From Stegostoma tigrinum (Eukaryota): a stretch of DNA of 64,000 nucleotides. The position numbers and the translations under genes were made by a program. Position 1 is the first letter of the stretch; the number at the start of each line of letters is the position of its first letter. Positions 50,430 to 64,000 of the stretch are shown piece by piece. The stretch spans positions 20,916,629 to 20,980,628 of the forward strand of contig NC_081391.1 in assembly GCF_030684315.1 (NCBI RefSeq). The letters run 5' to 3'. The notes under the pieces are model-generated. The model worked only from the letters and a program-made list of their open reading frames with translations, did not search any database and was not told the DNA's origin.

Positions 50430-51200
50430 TTTCCAATATGAACATAAAAGATGAATGCATTTTGCTTGAACAAACGTAGAAAGACAAAACAGGCTCGATG
50501 TTTCAATTCTGAGGCGAGTACAAGAGCAGAGGGACTTTGGGTTTCAAGTATGTGATTACTGGAAAGAGGCCGAGCAGGACAAAGCTGCTATGAGAAGGCT
50601 TTTGTGAAATGTGTGTTTTCAAATGGACGCAGAGAGTATAAAAGCGAAGAATAGATGTTACACCTGTACAAATCATGGGTTAGACCACATTTGCAGTGTT
50701 GTGTTCAGTTCTGGGCATGGTATTTAAGGAAGGACATTGAAGCCCTCGACAGAGTTCAAAGGGCATTTACGAGAATGACACCAGGAATGAGGTATTTTAG
50801 ATACAAGGAAAGATGGAAGAAATTGGGGTAAATCTCCTTGGAGCATAAATGTTTAAGAGGTGACTCTGTGGAAGTGATCAAAATAATGAACAATTCTGTC
50901 AGGGTAAAGGAGGACATTCTGTTTTCACCAGTTGATTATGGCAGTAATGAGGGGGTCACAGTTTGTCAGTAATGGAGCTCTGAGATGAGGACAAACCTCT
51001 CTATTCAGAAGGTTGTTAGGATTTGGAATGTGATGCCTGGGAGAGTGGCAGAGGTAGATCCCATAGGTGGCTTCAAAACAAGAGCTGGATATATACTTGG
51101 GAGTGACGAATATAGACGGTATAGGGCTGGAGAGGGGGTCTAGGTGGGTAGCTCTTTCGGAAGCCGATACGGACATGATGGGATGAATGGCCTCTGTCAT
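50430..51200 (+). mobile_element. Old decayed CR1 LINE 3' end (spacer copy)
   Basis: Near-identical to 2790-3565. Confidence 0.65.
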
Positions 51201-51714
51201 TAAAAATCCTCTGAATGTCCACCCAGGAACTTTTGTAAATTTTGGGTTTGTATTCTTCTCAGTCTTAAATGTCCAACCCAGTCCTCTTACATCAGGATAC
51301 CCTGATCCTGGACTCCCCCCCCCTCATTGGGAACATCCTTCCTGTCCTTGCCCCGTCTGATCCTGTCACAGTTTTCTATGACCCAGAGTCAATTTCCCAC
51401 CTTTCTGTCTCATATCCCAGCACAACGGGCTGAGAAACTGACACCTCTTCTTCATTGACTTCCTCGTGCAGTTTGTCACAACCACCTTAATTTAGAAACA
51501 AAATGTTAAAGCTTTTTTCAAACCAAATGCAGTTCTTTTTAAAAAAGAGCCAAATAACTTATGAAGAAGTGTCCAGATCTGAAACATCAGCTTTCCTGTT
51601 CCTCTGATGCTGCTTGACCTGCTGTGTTCATCCAGCGCAACACCTTGTTGTACAAATGACCCATGACCTGATTGAGTGGAGCAACAGGTTTGAGATGCTG
51701 AATGGCCTCCTGCT

Positions 51715-51911
51715 GTTCCAATCACAGAATAACCATCCAGACCAGATTATGATCTCCACCTGTGATCAGCTCTGCTTAACACACCCACCCCCTCTCTCTC
51801 ATTGGTGCCTGTATGCATGGGTGGTTCCTGATTGGCTAGCAGCAATTGTCAGTCATCATCAGTTCTGCCTCTCCATGGGTGAGTGCAGGATGGTCCCAGG
51901 ACTATAAATAC
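51715..51911 (+). promoter_or_regulatory. Proximal promoter of copy 9
   Basis: Same block; TATAAAT at 51903. The 5' UTR is shortened by a small deletion. Confidence 0.7.
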
Positions 51912-51957
51912 AGAGCTTGTGGAAGAGCAACTCACTTCTTGAGTGGGAATAGTGAAG

Positions 51958-54913
51958 ATGGCCTCCCAAGTATGTCAGAACTACCACAAGGACTGTGAGG
52001 ATGCTGTTAACAAGCAAATCAACCTGGAGCTCTATTCCTCTTATGTTTACCTCTCCATGGTGAGCCTTGTGACATTGAAGACCTGACCTCAAGTTGAAGC
52101 CTGTGATATATGTGCATTGACTCTCTTAGGTTTATTTTCTTGCCTAGTTTAATGATTTAGTTGTAGCATGTGTTTTGGTCTGTGGCCCTTCCCTGACTGA
52201 ATCCCAGTGAAATGGTTCACACTGACTCTGTTGGAAACTTGAAGTTTGTCTTGTATTGCAACTGACTCCTGGGTGACAATGGCCACTTTGTTATCTCTGG
52301 ACAATGTACTCCTTAGTGACTTTTCTCCTTCCTCTGAAGGGATGAGCTGATGTTGCTGATAAACCTATATTTTCCTTAAATTTGGTTGCAATTTTCTTTT
52401 AAAGAGAAGATTTCCCTGGTGAATTTTTCTATGCAAAATGTACTTGCACTCTTAAAACTTTGCCCCATTCACCAGGCTGCCGTCTGATTTGGCCCTAAAT
52501 GAGTTCGTTCTTTTCTGAAAGAAAAGCAACTGCTGGAAATTAGAAACAGCAACAAAAACAGCTGGAATAGCTTTACAGATCTGGCAGGATTTAGAGAAAT
52601 CAGTTCATGTTTTGGGTCCAGTGACTCTTCCTCAGAAGTCATCCTCCTCCTAGCTATTCAGTAGGAGGAAAGACAAGTGTGGCATGTTTTCACACTCCAA
52701 ATGTGAATTACAGGAGGAAAAAAAACCAGTTAGAACTCAGTGCTGAGTAGATGGTAGGACAGAGTGGGGTTATTCAGGTGGGTGATGTTTGTAATGCTGG
52801 CGCTCACTGCGATTCATGGCTCTGTCCATCCACGTGCTCTTTCTTACAGTGCTGTGTCCTTGATCGGCTGGCTGTGTGTCCTCTCTTTCTTCTATCTTCA
52901 ATGGGAGAAGACCTTCTGCCTGTCTATCATGTTCCAGTAATTAAATGTCCAGTTCTGGTTGCCATACTAATAAAAGGATGTGAATGCTTTGGAAGGGGGT
53001 GCAGAGGAGGTTCACCAGGATGTTGCCTGGTATGGAGGGTGTGAGCTAGGAAGACAGGTTGAGTAGATGAGCATTATTTTCATTAGAAGGTGGCAGATTT
53101 GGGGGTGGGGTCCTGATTGAGCTCCTCAAATTCATGAGGGGTGTAGACAAGGTGGATAGCAAGAAGCTTTTTCCTTGAGTGGGGAACTCAATTACTAGGG
53201 GTCATGAGCTCAAAAGTAAGAGCAGGGAAGTTTTTTTTTTCAGGGAAGATTGGGTGAGATTCCTTTCAGTGTGGAAACAGGCCCTTTAGCTCAGTGCACA
53301 CTGGCCCTTGAAGCATCCCACCCAGACCCATTCCCCTATAACCCCCATACCTTGGAATGCGACGGGCAATTTATCATGTGGATATGTTTGGAAAGCTCTT
53401 TACGCAGAGGTTGGAGGGTGCCTGGCACACATTGCCTGTGGAAGTGGTAGATGCAGTCACACTAGTGTCTTAAGATCTATCTGGACAGGTACATGGATGG
53501 GCAGGGAGCAAAGGGATAGAGACCCTATGAAAATAGATGACCAATTTGAGACCAGATGTCGCTCGGTGCAGCCTTGGAGGGTCAAAGAGCCTGTTCCTGT
53601 GCTGCAGCTTTTTTGTCCTTAAATGTGGAATCAAGATGGTGACTGGGTTAGTTTCTGGTTGAGGAGTGCCATTGAATTTCAGATACACTTCCCCTTCCTG
53701 CCTGTTTCTTCCCCCACAGTTCTCTTACTTTGACCGGGATGATGTTGCCCTGCGTCACTTTGCTGAGTTCTTCAAGGAGCAGTCCCATGAGGAGCGAGAA
53801 CATGGAGAGAAGCTGATCACATTCCAGAATAAACGTGGAGGTCGTGTCCTTCTGCAGGACATCAAGGTTGGATTCAAAATTTTTTCAGCTCAATACAATG
53901 GACTGATATCTCAATATGATCAGGTTCAGGATTAGACAAATACTGTGTGAATGGGAGGTTGCTCACCACAATAAGATTCCCTTCACTAAAAAGAAACACT
54001 TTTGCACTTGTGATTGAACAATAGTTGGCAATTGTGATAATCCAGTATTCTGGATGGTGAGCAAATATCGGTGTCTGCTGCAGCTTTGGACAAGATGAGG
54101 TGTCAAAAGGGAAAACAGGTCTTTCAGGTGCTGAATTCATCAGAATGAAGCCTTTATACATCTAGAAGATGTTTCTGATGCCTTGAGATCACTCTGATCA
54201 CAGCCTAGCAGGATCTGTTTAGAAATGTCCCCTTCAAGAACAGTACCAAATACAGCATGTGTTTTACCAAGGTCAAGTTGGCCTGTAGTACCTCCTCTAC
54301 AATGATGAGGGATAACTAACTGATCAGATGTAGACTAATGATACAACTGCCTGCTGAGCTGTGCTTTCTGTTCCTGCTTCCCTCCCCGCAGAAGCCAGAG
54401 CAGGATGAGTGGGGCAGTGGCCTGGAGGCAATGCAGAGAGCTCTGCAGATGGAGAAGGATGTGAACCAGAGTCTGCTGGATCTGCACAAACTGGCCTCTG
54501 GCCACACGGACCCTCATGTGAGTGTGGTGTATTTAAAATCTGGGTTTTTGAATAAAAACAGGGATCAGACACTTGGTCCTTTTTGTTCGCCACAAGATCT
54601 CATTTGACATTGTGGAGGGTTTTCTTGGGTTGTACCAAGATCCTCCTGTTTCTAAAACTGAGCACTTTCTCGTGTGTATTTGGCAATCTCCATGACATCA
54701 CTTCACTGTTCGGTCTCCCAATCTGCATTTGGTCAGATTTAACCAGTTCCCCTCTTTGCTTTCCAGCTGTGTGACTTCCTGGAGAGGCACTACTTGGATG
54801 AGCAAGTGAAGATGATCAAGAAGCTGGGAGATCACATCACCAACCTGAAGAGACTGGGAGCCCCTGACAATGGCATGGGAGAGTACCTGTTTGACAGGCT
54901 CTCACTCAGCTGA
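51958..54913 (+). CDS. FTH1-like: Ferritin heavy/middle-subunit-like, copy 9, 173 aa
   Basis: Exons 51958-52059, 53720-53866, 54392-54517, 54767-54913. Open frame ([14 protein letters not shown]). TATA 51903, ATTAAA 54986. Introns closely match copy 3. Confidence 0.93.
52940..53615 (+). mobile_element. CR1 3' fragment in intron 1 of copy 9 (shared with copy 3)
   Basis: Paralogue of 11340-11990 at the same intronic position. Confidence 0.7.
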
Positions 54914-56090
54914 ATGGGGTCAATACCTATATCTGTTGTACATGGTGACCTCATTCTACTAAATGACTAGTTGTGCTCTGAGCAAATTAAAATAGTGTTC
55001 ACCATGGAACTGAGTACAGTGTTTTATTTTCATAGCTTCTGGTTCTTGGAGCTCTGTGTTTTCATGTCTGATCATCAATCCTTTGTTCTTTGTGACAACC
55101 TTTGATTCAATGCCTGCCCCAGTAACTTGCTCAGTGTTTGATTCTGCTGTGTCTGGGGATTGAGTGGGCAATCCTTTTTATTGGAAATTCCATAACTGGT
55201 AAGGTTGTTGACAGATAAATCAGCATTACTGACATGTACTTGCAGGACCAGCTTCTAATCAATACACTGACTGAAATCAGTCCTTTGCCTGAAGGGTAGG
55301 CACTGATCCAATGCACTGCCCTTGGCCATGTGTTTGGGTCTCTTTTTAAATAAGCAGATTCTGGAAACCAGGAACACAACCTGCTGGGAAATCTCAGGTT
55401 TGGCAGCATTGGGAGGGAGAAGGGTTGAACAGAACCTGGCCATGAGACACGTGATCATCTCTTGATTTGATGTTGCGTTGCCTGACAGTGAGGTGTTTTC
55501 CAGCAATTTGTTGTAATGCCTCGATGTTACTGATTTTAGTAGATTGTACAATTCCTCCTTTTAAAGAGTAATATACACTGCTTTTCTGCAGGTTTTTCCT
55601 CTTGATAAGGAATTGCTTATGTCACTGTTCCCAGAGCTCGGGAATTAGTTTCTTCGGTATTTCCTTTTTATACAGGTAGGAGAAAGAAAAATCTACCTTG
55701 TCTCAGAATGCTAATGCCTGGGAACTGCCTTGGGAATGAAGCAGTGCCCACCTTGTTCCCTGTGTGATAATTTCTATTATTACCCTGCAAAGAGGTGACA
55801 AATACTGCAGATGCCTGGTAGAAAATCAAGCTAAGATACAAATACCATGTACAGAAATCAGCAGTTCCAATTTTTACCTTTGTGTTCAATTTTCAAGCAG
55901 ATCAGCTCTCCTGCTGTCGACTGGCTGACCTGTGACTCCACACAGTGCACCGGGGTGGCCTGATCACTGTCAATCAGCCCTGAATTACAATGTCAGAGAT
56001 AATGGGAACTGCAGATGCTGGAGATTCCAAGATGATAAAATGTGAGGCTGGATGAACACAGCAGGCCAAGCAGCATCTCAGGAGCACAAA

Positions 56091-56126
56091 AGCTGACGTT
56101 TCGGGCCTAGACCCTTCATCAGAGAG
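56091..56126 (-). ncRNA. Mirror-image minimal hammerhead ribozyme motif in the left pseudo-LTR
   Basis: The reverse complement of gacgtttcgggcctagacccttcatcag (56095-56122) gives the same core as 56817-56844. Confidence 0.6.
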
Positions 56127-56812
56127 GGGGATGGGGGGAGGGAACTGGAATAAATAGGGAGAGAGGGGGAGGGGGACCGAAGATGGAGAGCAAAGAAGAT
56201 AGGTGGAGAGGGTGTAGGTGGGGAGGTAGGGAGGGGATAGGTCAGTCCAGGGAAGACGGACAGGTCAAGGAGGTGGGATGAGGTTAGTAGGTAGCTGGGG
56301 GTGCGGCTGGGGGTGGGAGGAAGGGATGGGTGAGAGGAAGAACCGGTTAGGGAGGCAGAGACAGGTTGGACTGGTTTTGGGATGCAGTGGGTGGGGGGGA
56401 AGAGCTGGGCTGGTTGTGTGGTGCAGTGGGGGGAGGGGATGAACTGGGCTGGTTTAGGGATGCAGTGGGGGAAGGGGAGATTTTGAAACTGGTGAAGTCC
56501 ACATTGATACCGTATGGCTGCAGGGTTCCCAGGCGGAATATGAGTTGCTGTTCCTGCAACCTTCGGGTGGCATCATTGTGGCAGTGCAGGAGGCCCATGA
56601 TGGACATGTCATCAAGAGAATGGGAGGGGGAGTGGAAATGGTTTGCGACTGGGAGGTGCAGTTGTTTGTTGCGAACTGAGCGGAGGTGTTCTGCAAAGCG
56701 GTCCCCAAGCCTCCTCCCCACCTACACCCTCTCCACCTATCTTCTTTGCTCTCCATCTTCGGTCCGCCTCCCCCTCTCTCCCTATTTATTCCAGTTCCCT
56801 CCCCCCATCCCC

Positions 56813-56848
56813 CTCTCTGATGAAGGGTCTAGGCCCGAAACGTCAGCT
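56813..56848 (+). ncRNA. Minimal hammerhead ribozyme motif in the Penelope pseudo-LTR
   Basis: CTGATGA (56817-56823), aGGG-tctagg-CCC (stem II), GAAA (56837-56840), CGTC^ag. This matches the CUGANGA/GAAA core with a palindromic stem III, as known in PLE hammerheads. Confidence 0.6.
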
Positions 56849-57989
56849 TTTGTGCTCCTGAGATGCTGCTTGGCCTGCTGTGTTCATCCAGCCTCACATT
56901 TTATCATCCTGAATTACAATGTGACTGGTTTGTGTAAGGGCTTTAACAGGATCAGGCTATCACTGACAGGCAGCATTTATTATCCATCTCTGATTACATT
57001 ATCCATCTCTGATTACCCCCCCCCCCCAGCCCATGAGTAATTCAAATTAAAACCCTTTGCTGTGGGGTTACACATAGGCCAGATCAGGTAAGGATGGCAG
57101 TTTCTTACAAACAAGGACATTAGTGAACCAGAAGAGGCTTGGTTGGACCCTGTCTTCTGGAATGAGAATGTTGTGCGTGAAATTCAGTGATGTCAGACAG
57201 ACTCAGGATAACAGGTAGCAGTCTAACACTCCAGAATGTTGACAGCCTCCATCAAACGAGTAGCCACTCTCGTCAATCCTTCCACCACTGACATACGCGG
57301 AGACTGCAATATATACCATCTACCAAAGCTCCTTAGACAACTTCTTAAAACCACAACTACTTTCCATCGGACAAGGGCTGCAGATATGTAGGAACACCAC
57401 GCATCTCCACATTCTACACCAAGCCACCGATCACCCGGCGTTGGAATCGTAACCCCACGTTCCCTCCCTAACAGCAGTATGGATTTGCCTACACCAAATG
57501 GGCTACAGTAATGCAAGAAGGCAAATCACCACATTCTCGAAACTAATGTTGGCCCTGATCTCTGAGGGGTTCAAATACCTCTGGATGGAGAGGTTTTGGT
57601 GAAATTGTCAAGTTCCTGTTCAACCACAGCCGGAGTGCACAGTTCTGGCAGGTTCGACCCAAAGATGGTTATGCACAGAATTTCTGGAAGTAACCTGGAC
57701 AGAGAGATGGTTAATTCATGATAATGGCTTGTCCAGTCCGTCTGTGTAGAAGGTTAAGGGATGGCTGTAATTGATATTTTTCGGAGGATTAATGGATTTG
57801 ACAGGGTAGAGAGGAAAGAACCCATTTCTTCTCAATGATCATCTCGGACTGTGCGTAGAATGGGATGACAATCTTCACATGAGAACTACATCATCCAGGA
57901 CCATGTCAAAAACAGTTACTTTGTGGAAAGGACAATATCTGCACGCACAGATATTTACTGCACAAGGTTTGATGTTGCCAATCACTTTC

Positions 57990-58780
57990 CAATTTCAAGA
58001 CATAAAAAAAGTGAGTAATGCATTTTCGTAGAAGAAACACAGAAAGACAAAACAGGCTCGATGTTACAAATCTGATGTGAGTACAGGAGCTCAGAGACTT
58101 TCGGTTTCAAGTATGTGATTATCTGAAAGTGATCAGGCAGGATGAAACTGTTATTAATGGAGATTTAGCCACTTATGTGAACCTTGTGTTTTCAAATTGA
58201 GGCATCGAGTATAAAAGCAACGAATTGATGTTACACCTCTACAAATCATTGGTTAGACCACCTTTCCATTATGTACTCAGTTCTGGGCGTGACATTCAAG
58301 GCAGGACATGAAAAACCTCAAAAGTGTTCAAAGGAGATTTATTAGAATGACCCCAGGAGTGAGGAATTTTAGATACACGGAAAGATGAAGGAAAATGGGG
58401 TAAATCTCCTTGCAGGTGACCTTATTGAGAGGTGACCTTGTTGACGTGATCAAAACTATGAACAATTTTGATAGAGTAAACACGATATTCTGATTTCAGC
58501 AGTTGACTTGTCAGTGACGAGGGGTCACAGTTTGTCAGTAGGGGAGATCAGAGTGAAATGGGAAGAAACCTCTTAACTCAGAAAGTTGTTCGGATTTGGA
58601 ATGTGCTGCCTGGGAGAGTGACGGAGGTCGATTCCATGGTTGGTTTCAGAACAAGAGTTGGATATGTCCTTGGAAGTGACGAATTTAGAGAGTGACAGAG
58701 ATAGGGCTGGAAAGTGGGACTAATCAGGTAGCTCGTTCAGAAGCTATTACAGGAACGGTGGGCTGAATGGCCTCCTGTTG
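57990..58780 (+). mobile_element. Old decayed CR1 LINE 3' end (spacer copy)
   Basis: Near-identical to 15430-16220. Confidence 0.65.
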
Positions 58781-60009
58781 TGAAAAACGCTCTGAATTTC
58801 CACTCAGGAAATTCTGAGAGTTTGGGGACGGGGTTTGAATTCCACCTGTAGAAGGCAACTTCCATGTGGGAAAGCTGTTACACGCCAGCAGAGACATGGT
58901 CCTTTACACAAGGTAGACCCAGTTCCACTGGCAAAGAAATGTTGACTGGGGATCCCCCCACTGCTGGCCAACACCCACTGTCACAGCCAACGATCGCACA
59001 CACCTATCTTCCACCTGGATGGCCGTTGGGAACTTGTTTTGCATTGCACTTTATCAGGACCCTCCCCTCGATCGTACCATCCTGGGTGGCGCTGCCAGGA
59101 GGTGAAATCTTCTTCAGGTATCACTCTGAGAACCAACAGAACACTCGAGGCTCTCCATCACTGCGAGGTGACAATCCACAGGCAGGAGCTGGAGGCAGGG
59201 AGATTCTGCTCAGGTACAGACCCACCACAGAATCGGAGAATTGTTATGGCACAGCAGGAGGCCATTCGGTCCTTTGTGCCTGTACCTGTTCTGGTTGTTT
59301 TCTAAATCTGCCTGTAGAGATGATTTAAGATCTCTGGATCTGGTAGGAACTTGTACCAAGGCCTCCTGGTCCACAGCTAGGGACATTACCCCTTCACCAC
59401 AAGACCCTGGCTGCGCTGGTTGCACAAACGTGGAATCATAGAAAATAAATGTTGAGTCGGCCATTCATCCCTTCCAGCCTGCTCTGCCATTCCATGTGAT
59501 TGTGGCTGATTCCATAACTCAGCACCATATTCTCACCATCTCTGCATTCCCTTTTGATCCAGCCCTCAAAGCTCTCCCCAATTCCTGTTTTGGCTTCAAT
59601 CGTTTTCTGTGGCAGAGAATTCCACAGGTTCCACCACTTCGCCCCCCGAGGTGAAGAGATTTCTCCTCACCTCAGTTCTAAATGTATCCTTAGACTGCAA
59701 ACCCTGGTCCTGAACTCCCCCATAATCAGGAACATCCTTCCTGTCTTTTCCACAGCTGACACTGTTATAATTTTCTATGACCCAGAGACAATTTCCCAAC
59801 TTTCTTTCCCAAATCCCAGCACAACAAGCTGAGAAACTGATGCCCCTCTTCCTCATTGAATCCCTCGTGCAGTTGCTCACAACCACCTTAATTAAAAAAA
59901 ATGTGAAAACTTTTCTCAAACCAAATTGACTTCTTTTAGAAAAGAACCAAATGACCTATGACCTGAGTGAGTGGTGCAGCAGATTTGAGATGCCGAATGG
60001 CCTCCTGCT

Positions 60010-60206
60010 GTTCCAATCACACAATAACCATCCAGACCTGACTCTCATCTCCACCTCTGATCAGCTCTGCTTAACACACCCTCCCCCTCTCTCTCATTGG
60101 TGCCTGTATGCAGGGGTGGTTCCTGATTGGCCAGCAGCAACTGTCAGTCATCATCAGTTCTGCCTCTCTCTGTGTGACTGCAGGATGGTCCCAGGACTAT
60201 AAATAC
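60010..60206 (+). promoter_or_regulatory. Proximal promoter of copy 10
   Basis: Same block; TATAAAT at 60198. Confidence 0.7.
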
Positions 60207-60274
60207 AAGAGCCTGTGGGAGAGAGAGACTTAGTTCTAGAGTTTTCTTGGTGCTTGTGAGCAGGAATAGTGAAG

Positions 60275-62554
<2,280 letters not shown>

Positions 62555-64000
62555 GTGGGGTCAATAATATCTTTGTTTATGGTGACATAATCCAAATAAT
62601 TTGGTTGTGCTCTGCGCAAATTAAAGTAGTGTTCACCATGGAACTGAGTACTTTGCATAATTTCACAGCTGCTTCTGGCTCTTGGTATTGCTGTTTGACA
62701 CCTGATCATTAAATCCTCCTGTTATTTCTGATTAACCTTTGATTCAATGCCTGCCCCAGTAGTTTGCTCTCTTTTTTTCTCTTGTCTATAGGAATTAAGT
62801 GGGCAATCCTTGTAGTGGAAATTCAGTGTTGAGTCTGTGGTGTTTTTGGGTTTGGCTTGTAAGCAGTGTTGTACTGACAATCAATTTTTCAGGACCAGCT
62901 TCTAGTCAATACCCTGATTGAGCAGCCCCCTGTCTAAATGTTTTTCTGAGCTAGAGCCCTTCCCTGTGCTATGTTTAGGTCTCGTTGAGATAAGCAGCTA
63001 CCGGAAATCTCTGGTATGGCAGCATCTGTGCAGGGGAAACTGTTCTCGGTCCCAGGACCTGAGACACATCATCTTTTGACAAGTGTTGCCAGACCGGTGA
63101 GGGTTTTCCAGCAATTTGTTCTTTCACTTGGAATTTAATATTTGTGCGTACATTCACTCTTTCAAACAGGAATACCAAGTAAAACATTTAGCATCAAAGA
63201 TGCACTGCTTTTTTCAGTTTTTTTTGATAAGCAATTGCTCCCACAAGTAGGGAATCGGTTTCTCTCTCCTTTTCCCCTTTCTGCCTTAGCAGTGGTGGAA
63301 GGACTTTGTCCAGTGGCTGCATCTTGGAGAATGGCAAAATCAGCTTTCCCTTGTATCAGTCTCTCTCGTCATTTAGAATGACCTGTATTTGGAAATGCAG
63401 CAGTGCGCACCTTGGAGCCCATGTGGTAGAACTTCTAGCATTGCTCTGCAATGCAGAGATAACAAATGCCAAGGGCACATGGTGAAAATAAAGCTGGAAC
63501 CAAACTACCACTGGCAGAAAACAGCAGTTCAGATTTTTACCTTATTTACAATGAAATCAGCGCTCCTGCAGCTGACTGCACATGTGCTGCACTATGGCTG
63601 CCTAATTTGTGATGGTCTCCTTTTATTAAAAGGATAGTGTTTATTCTCCATGTCTAATTGTCCCAAGGCCAGGCCAGAGTCAAACAATTACTGTAGTTGT
63701 AGGGTCATATGCAGGCCAGACCAGTTAAGGATGGGTTTTTGGCACTTAAGCTAATGATTAGCATTAAGTTAAATCCAGAGTGTTGTTAGGAGAACAGTCC
63801 AACACTCCAGAAACTTGATTGGCTTCCATCTCCAAGCAGCCACTGGATTGCCTCTTTCCAACACTAATGTGTGGGGACTGCAATGGGTATCACCTCCCAA
63901 TTCCTATACAAATCCACCAAAGCATTCTAAAGCCCCTATTACTTGCCATGGGAGAAGGATATCTGATACATGGGAACATCACGCTCTGTAATTTCTACAC

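Larger units (their letters stand above)
55994..56908 (-). mobile_element. Penelope-like retroelement fragment (GIY-YIG C-terminus) with inverted pseudo-LTRs
   Basis: Minus-strand RRLGDRFAEHLRSVRNKQLHLPVANHFHSPSHSLDDMSIMGLLHCHNDATRRLQEQQLIFRLGTLQPYGIN resembles the PLE GIY-YIG endonuclease C-terminus. Inverted repeats of ~195 bp at 56031-56226 and 56713-56908. Flanking direct repeat ctgaattacaatgt at 55980-55993 and 56909-56922; empty sites at ~14373 and ~21190. Confidence 0.85.

Overview
This is vertebrate genomic DNA, probably from a cartilaginous fish (shark-type CR1 and Penelope repeats; the taxon is inferred). The whole window is a head-to-tail tandem array of ten four-exon ferritin genes of the H/M (amphibian 'heavy chain B'/middle-subunit-like) class, all on the + strand. 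Coding exons are 102+147+126+147 nt, giving 173 aa. Six copies have intact reading frames (ATG at 10384, 17716, 24529, 45942, 51958, 60275) and four are pseudogenes (1-702, 6919-9059, 31248-33653, 38102-40242). No copy with a visible 5' end carries an iron-responsive element in its short 5' UTR. The array shows birth-and-death evolution directly: chimeric copies with crossovers near exon 3, a recent ~6.85-kb tandem duplication, microhomology deletions (one apparently removing a whole gene), an intact copy lacking ferroxidase His65, and an intact copy with decayed TATA and poly(A) signals. Spacers consist of decayed LINE fragments, three younger CR1 copies with target-site duplications (two independent insertions), and one Penelope-like element with inverted pseudo-LTRs carrying hammerhead-ribozyme cores. 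A conserved box C/D-like motif at the end of intron 2 is a speculative ncRNA candidate. Most ORFs in the supplied track are spurious frames of exons or repeats.
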